Position numbers and translations under genes: made by a program
Assembly (NCBI GenBank): GCA_021613535.1
Contig: CP075495.1
Coordinates: forward strand, 9,672,001-9,736,000
Direction of reading: 5' to 3'
DNA: 64,000 nt
From: Adineta vaga
Lineage: Eukaryota > Animalia > Rotifera
Shown here: piece by piece, positions 54,224-64,000 of the stretch
How the letters are laid out: the number at the start of each line of letters is the position of its first letter
How positions within the stretch are numbered: the stretch's first letter is position 1
Notes under the pieces: generated by a model
Told to the model about the DNA's origin: nothing
What the model saw: only the letters and a program-made list of their open reading frames with translations
The model's database searches: none

Positions 54224-55994
54224 TCATCGTTTTAAGTTCAAAAGATTATCGGTCAAACTACCAGCTATTGACGCATTTGTAGTTGTTGTTGTTGCACTGG
54301 GTGTTCTTGGTGAACTTTTAATAATTCCAATACTTAAGGGCGTTTTCGGTGTTCGATCACCGATAGCACTACTTCGTACAATGGGTGATGGTGTTAATGC
54401 ATGTTGTCGTTGTGTACTTGTAGATTGCGTACGTTGAATACCAAGACGGTTGGTTAAGAGACGTTGTGCTGCTGGACTCATACTTGATACAAGTAATCCT
54501 TTCGTTTGTTTTGAACTGTTAGAAGATGAAAAATTTCGATTGATTGTTTTCATTGCTTCGAGTTTCTTTTTTCGATGTTGTGCAGCATTCTTTTCGACTA
54601 ATTCTAAAGCTAATTGTTCGCGTACAGGTGTTTCTATAATTTTAAATTGTGGTCCCCTATTAATTGCGCATGGTGTCTCATTGCCTGCATCCAAACAAAA
54701 TGGTGTACCTTCAATTTGACCCCATGTCATCATTGGTGATTCGTCACCATGAGCACCAGGCATCGGGGATGGTGTTACAACAAAGCCATAGCCACCGACT
54801 TGTGGACTTGCTGTGTTTCTAATTTCTTGACCGCTAACATCGAATTTTGGTTGAGTCATTGCATTTGGACGAGCAGGTGTATCCGACGAGTCGAAGAATC
54901 AGCTTTTATTGTAAAAGGATCCACATCAAAACGAGTATTGGTATGATGAATAGCACGAACATGTTTTGCTTGTTCAATTTTTTCTGCTGCAGTCAGTTTA
55001 GCACCGTCAGGAACATACATAACAGCATTTTTAACAGTATAAGGCCAAAATTGTATGGAATCAGGATTATTTGTTTTGACTTGATCTTCAATTGATGGAA
55101 CGGGTAATTGATGAATTGGTTCACCGTCACTACTCTATAAAGATTTAAAAACAGTATTTTGTTGATGAGTTAATTATTTTTATAAAAAGGAAAGAAACAA
55201 AAGTTTCATACCGAATGTGTCAATGCTTGTTGTTCATAGAGCCAAGCGTGATGAACTTTACTACGGTCTTTTTTTTGTGTTTCTTCCATGATTTGTTCAA
55301 ATGAAAGGTTATCTTCACTCGTATTAATACTTAAATATTGATCAAGTCGAAGATCACGTGGCTTTTCTATAAAACAAAATTTTTACATGTGTCAAAAGTA
55401 AACGATTAAATGAAAAGAATAGAAATACATACTACGCATAGTTGATGTTGATGTTAGTGATTGTTTATCAAAATCATCATCATTATCACCAGTTTTTCTC
55501 CGACTGGTAGGTAATTCGTCTTCATCAAGTTCATTATCCTTCATTGTTTTTGGTGTATCAAGTCCTCTGTTAATCGGTGTTTCAAATGAACTTGATGGTG
55601 TATCTAAAAATTTTAAAACTTCATTATAATAAATTTTATGAAAGAATATATACATACCTCGAATACCCATCATCGATGGCGATGGACTTGGACCACGATG
55701 AATACTATATTTTGCATGCATATCTCTTAATGTTACCACATCATTTTTTTCAAGAGCTGTGAAATATTCTGCTTGTGCTCGGAGACGTTTTATATCAGGG
55801 AAAAAATCTCGCTCAATAATATGTCCTAAATCTTGAACAAATTCTTCTTCAGCAAGAATTTTACGTTTCTGTCGACGAGAAGATGGTGGTTGTTGTGTGA
55901 GAATTGCTGGTGGTAATGGTTTACGAAAGATATCAACATCTTTTTTAGGATTGTTTGATGTTGATAAAGATATTTCTGATGTATCATCAGTCAT
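54224..55994 (-). CDS. ESS2: Splicing factor ESS-2 homolog (DGCR14)
   Basis: KILAEEEFVQDLGHIIERDFFPD, LDQYLSINTSEDNLSF, GYGFVVTPSPMPG, SPMMTWGQIEGTP and MSPAAQRL. Confidence 0.92.
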
Positions 55995-56146
55995 GACTAT
56001 CAATCTAGAAGAAAAAAGTAATAATTATTATTAGAAAAATATTATGTAAAATAGCTAGAATATCTATAGAGTACAAATAAAACGCTTGATTATTCCACGA
56101 TATTTTTTTAGAAAAAACAACGGAATGATTATATTCATAATTAACA

Positions 56147-57579
56147 TTATTTGAGATTAATTTGACGAGCACCATCACATGATACAAATTGATAAAAATT
56201 TGCTTTGCCTTTATAACCTTTTTGAATGGTTTCGATGCATTTTTTCACTGCATCTTTTTTCACAAATGTGACTGTACAACCACCTAAAATAGACGAAATG
56301 AAAAGCGAAACTTCTGACAAAGATATCTTTACCAAAACCTGCACCAGTCATTCGTGAACCAAATACACCATCGACTGAACGTGCTAATTCAACAAGTTGA
56401 TCTAATTCATCGCATGATACTTGAAAATCATTACGTAATGATTCATGACTTTCATACATAAGACGACCGAATTCTTCATAATCATTATTTTCTAATGCTC
56501 GAGCACCAGCTTCAGTACGTTGACGTTCAGTTACAACATGACGGGCACGTTTTAGTGTAACTGCAGACATTTTATTCCGACCTTCTTCAAGTTCTTCAGT
56601 TGTTGAAACATCACGTAATGTCTTATGACCTAAATTTATAAATAATAACACGCTAAAACTTGTCTGATTAATATTATATGAAAGTATTCAAGGATCAATC
56701 TGATATACTTTTGTAAATGGATATTTGACATACCTAATGCTTTTGCAGCATCTTGACAATGTTGAACGTTTTCAGCAAATTTTCCTGAAGTTAATTCGTG
56801 TTTTACATTCGAATTTGTTACTAGAATACATAAATCTTTATCATTAAATGGAATTAATCTAGATGAATTATCATGACAATCAATTAATATAGCATGACCA
56901 GATTGTCCCATGCAAGATGCATATTGATCCATAACTCCACATGGAACATTAGCAAATGTTTGTTCAGCTTTGCAACATAATAATGCTTTATCAACTTTAG
57001 ATAATTGTAAATCTTGTGCATATTGATCTTGATAGAGTATTTCGAGAAATGTACACATAGCTACTTCAATAGAAGCTGAAGAACTAAGACCGCCACCAAT
57101 TGGTACAGATGTTGTGATAATGACACGAAATGGTCTTTTTTTATTTGGTTTAATTCGTTCAAGAAACAGAGCAAGTACACCAACAACATAATTTCCCCAT
57201 TTTGGTGATTCTAATGGCTTAATTGATTCCTTCTGATCCAGTTCAAATGATTTCGATTCTTCAATATCTTCTACATGAACAGAACAACATGTTTTCATAA
57301 AAAGTAAACGTTTTTCGCTGTCTATTCACCTGATAATGTATGAAAATAACAAATTTGATTATCTGTATCATCTAAAGGTTTACCAATAATCATTGTACCA
57401 ATTGGTATAGCCATGGGAAATACAAAACAATCATTATAATCGGAATGTTCACCAATTAAATTAACTCTTCCAGGAGCAAATGCACATATTGTTGGTTCAT
57501 CACCAGGAAATTCCTTTCGATAAGCATCAATCAATTGTTGTTGAAGTTCATCGACTGAAACAATTTTTTCCAATGCCAT
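56147..57579 (-). CDS. GALK1: Galactokinase (GHMP kinase), 4 exons
   Basis: [50 protein letters not shown] and spliced [12 protein letters not shown]. Confidence 0.93.
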
Positions 57580-57791
57580 GATTTATACTTACGAAATCTA
57601 CGTCAACGAAAGAGTGTATATTAAAAAAAAGAAAGCAAAGTATCATCAGTCATCAAAATCGTTACCAAGATTTTTATTGGTCCTCTAACAGAACCAATAG
57701 GAATATCTTGTTTGTTTTCTATGTTCTTTTTAATGAATTTTTCTCTCATGTTTTTCCTTTTTCTTTTATGATTAGAAGTGAAACAACAACA
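57580..57791. promoter_or_regulatory. Candidate bidirectional promoter between GALK1 and PDPK1
   Basis: Only 212 bp between divergent ATGs; opposed CCAAT boxes ATTGG (57676-57680) and CCAAT (57694-57698). Confidence 0.6.
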
Positions 57792-60700
57792 ATGACAGCA
57801 CCAAATCCTGCTTCGTTACGGATACCGAAAAAGACAGTCAAGGATTTTAAATTTATCAAAGAAATTGGCAATGGAGCTTATTCAACTGTAAATTTACAAA
57901 ATATTCAATTTTTTTTCATGAGAAAATAACAAAAATCTTGTTGCATCTTTTAATTATTTAGGTTTTTCTTGCTATAGAAACAGGTTCTAATCGTGAATTA
58001 GCGAGTAAGTTCAAATTTAAATATATAATCTAATTTTTTTTGAATTTTTTTCCCCTCTTTTAGTTAAAGCTGTTTCTAAAGAACTAGTCACAAGATTGAA
58101 AAAAATCTCTCAAGTCTTTCGAGAAAAAGATATTTTAGCTCGTCTTACGGATTGCACTTATGCTGTTAAACTTTATTGTACATTTCAAGATGAAAAATCT
58201 CTTTGTAAGTAATTTCAAATTAAATGAAAGTCTTTAATCAAACATATAGATGTACCAAGATCGTAGGATTCATCAAGGATTTTGAAAAAAGAAAAATAAC
58301 AGAATACCTGCTCTTTCGCATCATTGAAGCAAATAAATATTTCTGCATAGAATTATTGAAATCTGGAACTGGAATCTGTAGAATATTCATCGTAGAATTA
58401 TAAAGAATTGTATTCAAAGTGCACATTTTTCAATACACAGAGAGGTTTCTTTATTTAACAGCGTCTCATTCGACAACCTTTTGTATTAAATAATAATTCG
58501 TGATAAAAATCATTTCGCTATATATTCAGAATACAATCATACAATAGTCTGATTAGACCGATGTTTCTGTTCGTAAAAGCTGAGTACGAGTAGCTTAACG
58601 TGATAATTGATCATACGTCATGGAAACAATGAATAAATGATGAGAGATCGTGTGTCTATTTTCTTTAAAAATTCATGACTATGCCATTATATACTTGATT
58701 CGATAATCGGATAATTAAATATGATGTATGACGTCATTTACAACGACAAAATTTGGTACTCACGTATAGAAATAGTTACTGACAGTTCCGATTGAATTAT
58801 CAAAGTAGTTCTCGAGATGATCAATGTAATCTGTAAGATCTTTTGAATTTGATTTGAATGGAAAAATTAACGTTCTTTTTTTCGTAGATTTTGGTCTTAC
58901 ATATTGTCCAAATGGTGATCTTTTACAATATATCACAGATGCTGGTCATCTAGAAGAAGAAGTTGTACGATTTTATTCAGCTGAATTAATTGAGGCACTC
59001 GAACAATTACATAGTCGATATATAGTTCATCGTGATTTAAAAGTAAATTTCAGTTCATTGATATTTCGAGAACATATTTTCGGAATACACTATATATGTA
59101 TATCATTTTTTTTTCTAGCCAGAAAATATACTTTTAACAGATGATATGCACATTCAATTAACTGATTTTGGTTCCGGTGTGATTACTGAAAATACTAATC
59201 GTAAGTTTCATAGAGAAAAAGTGGATTTTATAAAAATTGTTTTTCGTCTTTTCTAGTTGATTCACAATCAAATGAAATAAAATCTAGTGATGAAGAAAAG
59301 AAACCGTTAAAGCGAACCAATTCTTTCGTTGGTACTGCTCAATTTGTAGCGCCAGAAATACTTAAACGTGGTACTATTCATTATGGGTGAATAAAAAAAG
59401 AACTCTTCTTTCATTCAATCCTTCATTTTCTCTTTCTTAGATCTGATTTATGGTCGTTAGGTTGTATTATATATCAAATGACTACAGGTAAACATTTATT
59501 TCGTGGAAGGTAAATTTGAAAATTTCTCTTAAGAAACAGAATTTAATAAACATTTGCATCAGTTTAGTCATGAATATGATATTTATAATGCTGTTTCACG
59601 TGTTTCGTATAAATTACCGGATGATTTTTCTTCACTAACTGCTGATCTTATTCGAAATCTCGTTGTGCTTGAACCGAGTGCTCGATTGGGTAGTGAAGAA
59701 ACTGGTGGCATGGAAAAACTCAAAGCACATCCATTTTTTAGTCAATTCTCTTATGATACCAAATGGGGTAATCTATTAAATCAACGTTCTCCACTTGAAG
59801 TCAAACCAAAACTTAGTTCAAGACCAAAACTTAGTAATGATGAGGTAATAAGTTCTTCACTGAATCACATGTTTTATTCATTTTTACTCTTCTATAAATT
59901 TATAACGTTCCTTTCTTTCGTTCTTCTTATCACATCAACTACTCTAAAATCTAAATTTACATACTGAGTCATTTCGTATATATATGAATATTGTATTTCA
60001 TTGTTTATTTCGTCAGTAAGAATATTACAGATGCAAAATGAATTAGCCTTTCATGCATATAGAAAAACAAAAGAAACTTGACGGAAGAACTGACTAAGTT
60101 TTTATCGTTTAGCTTCAAACAATATCGTCAGGTTTCGATGCTCGTGTCGAAGCTCGTTTAATTGGTTTACGCATGGCTTCTGATGCTCCAAATGGAATGG
60201 ATGCACTTGTTACTGGTTCATCGAACATTTCTTTAACGAATAAAACTTCTTCTGTACATAAAACAGATAGTCAAAGTTCATCATTGCAGCAAGGCAATAC
60301 ATCACCTACTGGACTATTTAATAATAATGCACCAATGACAGCACGAAGGTAAGAGTTTCATTGAAATCATTTTGTTTTGGATAATTTTTCTATTTAGATT
60401 ACAAACAACAGATCATGCTCTGTCACTATCTGAACAAGCTTCAAAGAATATTTATCATAAATTTGTTCAAAATAATCTAATTATTAAACAAGGAATTTTA
60501 GATAAGAAAAAAGTATGACGACAATTTATTTGATTCAATTAGTTGATTTTTTTTTCTGTAGGGTCTCTTTGCCAAACGACGGATGTTTTTGATTACAGAA
60601 GGACCTGCAATTTTCTATGTCGATCCAGATGCCATGGAATTGAAAGGAACTATTTCATGGTTTGTTAAGTCATTTTATTTCTAATCGATATTTATCTTTT

Positions 60701-61001
60701 CCTTTTCTAGGACAGCAGATTTGCGACTTGAACAGAAAGATATGAAAACATTCCTCCTCCATGTGGTAAATATTAACTTAAAAGTTTTCATTAAAAAGAA
60801 AAGTTCTTCATTTTCTAGCCCGGTCGAGCATATCATTTAACTGATCCTGAACAAGATGCAAATTCTTGGTGTAAAAGTCTTGCACAAATTCATTTTCAAT
60901 ATTATAATACAGATCCTAATCGAAAACTTTCGACAACGACATCATATTCTTCGACATCATCATCTTCAATGCACACTTCTGTTCCAGTGACTGAACTCTA
61001 A
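57792..61001 (+). CDS. PDPK1: 3-phosphoinositide-dependent protein kinase 1 (kinase + C-terminal PH domain), multi-exon
   Basis: DFKFIKEIGNGAYSTV, HRDLKPEN, TDFG, activation loop RTNSFVGTAQFVAPE, and PH domain NNLIIKQGILDKKKGLFAKRRMFLITEGP..YVDP..ELKG.I.W. Confidence 0.93.
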
Positions 61002-61572
61002 AAGAGAGATATTCCAGGAAAAAAAGACCTTAAAATAAAAATAAAATTAATACATCTTATTTTGTTTTCTTTTTGTTTGATTGATCTTCAGTAGTCTTGT
61101 GTTCTTTTTTTATTTTCTGTTTTATGTTTCATCTCATCAGTACATATGTGCATGTGTGTATAGAATACTATTTCTTCTTTCGTTCTCCTTTATAAAAGTT
61201 TGAAAGTACTGAAACTAATGACGATGGTTAATATTATAGAAGAAAACACAACTTTATTTTCTTGCAAAATTCAAGATAGGAACATCGAATGTGCTATAGT
61301 GAATTTCTTACCTAAAAGCGACATCTATATAACGTGAAAGAATGCAATATATTATTCATATTTCTGATGAAAAATAATAATAATAATAATCTGTCTTCTA
61401 ATTATTGAGAGTGTTTCAAGAAAAACACTTCCATATGATTTTCCTTACTATTGGATATTTTCCAAGGACTTTGTAGGAGATGAACACTTTCGACGATTGA
61501 TTGTTAATTTGATTCGATTGTTTCTTTGAACAAGTACTAGGTAGACTAGTGGAATTAAAATAAAAAACTATC

Positions 61573-62676
61573 ATGCCTTCAAAAACGCAATCAAATATTC
61601 TTTCTAAAAATACAACGGATCTTTATTCAATGCGTTTTGCATCTGTACCTTATATTCGTATGTTTAAATATTGAATTTTCTTCGAAATAGTATCAATGAT
61701 ATATTATAGCTACAGATTATACGGACAATTCGCCGTATAGTAAAAGTGTTGCAGATATTACTGAAGAAACTCGTTATATATTAGAAGAATTTATTGTTGA
61801 GCGAGCTGCCGAAGATGGTGTTGATATGAATTTAGTTAAACCAATCATTGATGTTGATCTCACTGCACGTAAGAAAAAGAATAGTAATAAAATTCGTAGT
61901 ATTCCTTTAATGTATTTAGTTCCACAATATCGACAAATTCAACAGATTGCATATCGATTACGACTTATTGGTGATCAACTTGATGCTGACCAACGCATCA
62001 CTAGGTATAAATAAAATTTTAATTCTTTTTCATATAAATACTGCATATTCTTTTCTAAAGATTATTTCTCATATATTAATTGTAACGGTAAGCTAAAATA
62101 GATAGATAGATTGTTTGCTTTATACTATCACGCTCTTTCAACCTCTATTTGACCGCTATACTTTGCTTCTCATGATACTAACGCATTAGTACTAGTTCGC
62201 TGTTTTCTTTTGTCTATTAGCATGGTTGATCAAGTATCTATTAACAGTCCATATGAAACATTTAGTGATGTGGCCAAAGAACTGTTTTGTGATGGTATCT
62301 ATAATTGGGGACGAATTGTTACATTATTCTATTTTACATATAAACTTATATTGAAAGTAAGTAATAGAAATTATTTCGAAAAAATATATAACTATCGTTC
62401 ATTGTAGTCACTTATAGATGAACCATCGTCACTTTTACATGTTCTCATCGAATGGACTGTTCGTTTTGTTAGAGAAATTATCGCTCCATGGATAATACGT
62501 AAAGGTGGTTGGGTAAGTTTTGTTACTACGAACAATTTCATACTATGATTTTGATAATATTTTAGTTAGTTATTCTACGTGATGTTATACCACAATCACG
62601 TTTAACAACAATTGGTATTTTTCTTAGTGGTATGGTTGCAAGTTTTATGATTCTTTATTTTTTTCGACGCATCTAA
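61573..62676 (+). CDS. BAX: Pro-apoptotic Bcl-2 family effector, BAX-like; 6 exons
   Basis: BH3 LRLIGDQLD, BH1 VAKELFCDGIYNWGRIVTLFYF (BAX: MFSDGNFNWGRVVALFYF), BH2 WIIRKGGW and C-terminal anchor TIGIFLSGMVASFMILYFFRRI*. Confidence 0.85.
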
Positions 62677-63617
62677 TCAAATATTTCTTATTAAAATAAA
62701 ACAAATGGATACTAGTCGCTGTATGACACTATATCTCTTCGTTTATCATAAATTCTATTTATTTACATCTATGTATTCTCTCGTGTGTGTTTGCTTGTTT
62801 TCTTTTAAAAAAATATGTATTGTACAATTCGATAAACGAAATCAATTGTCATTTAAATAAATAAATAAATATGATGTTCATACGAAATTAAAGTTATAGG
62901 TAACATTGTTGATTATGTTGTATTAGAGATAATACTCAATGATTGTCAACGAAAAAATATTAGTTGTTTAGATATACAAATTGAAAGAATTAGAAAACTA
63001 ATGATAAATAAAATAAGCATTCCTATTTTTGAGATTTGAAATAAATCGTTTGAATTTTCTATTTTTTGTTATTGTTTGTTCGAAATATTATAATAAATAT
63101 CTATAGAAATCCGAGAGAATATTTTAACATGATAAAAATCTACACATAGTCATAAATTGAATCGAAGTATATCATGATACATTTTATTTTTTAATATTTG
63201 TTGTAATATATTCATCTTGTGCTCATTCAGTATCATAGATTAACGGGAATATCTAATGAATGAGCTTTAGAAGTTCAACTTTTTCTCGAGGATGAATACA
63301 TTCACTTTATTAGAATGATGTTGACCATTATATAGCTCCTCAGGTAAGAGTAATAATAGTCAAACGATCAATGAATATTTTATAACATGAAATGCGAAGA
63401 AGGCAAAGTATTTTACTTAATATTATTGGCTAAATATTATGATGAAATAATCAATAACTTCGAAAGAAAATATATGGATTATCATTGTTATTTAAAATAA
63501 AGTTTCTTACAAATTGTATCATATAGAAGATTGAAAAGTACATAGGATTACTAAACCATTTCGGTGTTCGTTCTCAAGCTCACATAACAATATTTGGATT
63601 TTTAGTTTATTTATATA

Positions 63618-64000
63618 TTAAAATTTCAAATAACTATCATCATCTGATGGATAAGTTTGATGACGAGTTACAGTCGTAGTTGTGATATTATTAGGTACGG
63701 GTGAATAACTTAATCTATACGCCGTTGACTGTTGTTCCAAATCTTTTCGATCGTTACTTCGACGTTGATAATCAACAGATCGTTGACGTCGTTTCGTTCG
63801 ATTGTCTTCATCGTCATCATCTTCATCAAGTTCACGAGGCGACACATAAAGTGGATAACGAAGACCTTCGACGGATCGTACACGTCGTGTAGGACCTGAA
63901 ACACGTCGATTATTTAATCGATCATAATCACGACGACGACTAACACGTTCATTGCGTTGATAATGTGGTCGACTGTAAGTTGTCGGTGATAGAGCACGAT
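63618..64000 (-). CDS. 3' end of an uncharacterised Arg/Ser/Asp-rich low-complexity protein (enters from right edge)
   Basis: One frame is open from the window edge (RALSPTTYSRPHYQRNERVSRRRDYDR...) to YPSDDDSYLKF*; no recognisable domain. Confidence 0.65.
   Translation of the reverse strand, partial: RALSPTTYSRPHYQRNERVSRRRDYDRLNNRRVSGPTRRVRSVEGLRYPLYVSPRELDEDDDDEDNRTKRRQRSVDYQRRSNDRKDLEQQSTAYRLSYSPVPNNITTTTVTRHQTYPSDDDSYLKF

Noticed and set aside
56147-57579. Galactokinase as a horizontally acquired bacterial gene
   Set aside because: It has introns and motifs compatible with animal GALK1; origin cannot be judged without a phylogeny.
58636-58785. ATGATGA..CTGA in the long PDPK1 intron as a C/D snoRNA
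   Set aside because: Such boxes are frequent in AT-rich DNA; no terminal stem or recognisable rRNA antisense element.
59803-59838. 18 bp tandem duplication in PDPK1 (KPKLSS RPKLSN)
   Set aside because: Small in-frame repeat in the variable kinase-PH linker with no sign of function.
1-64000. rRNA, tRNA, CRISPR arrays, intact transposons
   Set aside because: No such signatures or transposase/RT ORFs recognised by eye; tRNAscan-SE, Infernal and RepeatModeler would be needed to exclude short or decayed elements.

Overview
AT-rich (~28% GC by eye), gene-dense eukaryotic DNA with many ~50-65 bp GT-AG introns. Gene content and style (expanded orphan class A GPCRs, divergent NR1J-like receptor) suggest a bdelloid rotifer or similar spiralian; this is inference, not a database result. 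About 19 protein-coding loci: SEL1L3 (partial), a candidate small secreted peptide missed by the ORF track, a nuclear receptor, five class A GPCRs (one frameshifted, two as a head-to-head pair), pinin, a DOK-like PH-PTB adaptor, an orphan single-pass membrane protein, a 15.5 kb Fat1/3-like cadherin, a macrodomain-zinc ribbon-OTU fusion, a claudin-like tetraspan, ESS2, galactokinase, PDPK1, BAX and a partial Arg-rich gene. The strongest leads are (1) the macrodomain/Zn-ribbon/OTU protease fusion, a candidate ADP-ribose-guided deubiquitinase; (2) a ~450 nt nested base-paired element with a possible pseudoknot at 31.2-31.6 kb; (3) a candidate GALK-ESS2 operon with unpaired splice acceptors; and (4) stop-codon splicing switches in BAX (27 nt poison exon) and Fat (18 nt microexon). 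No rRNA, tRNA, CRISPR array or intact transposon was recognised. All exon models were built by eye.
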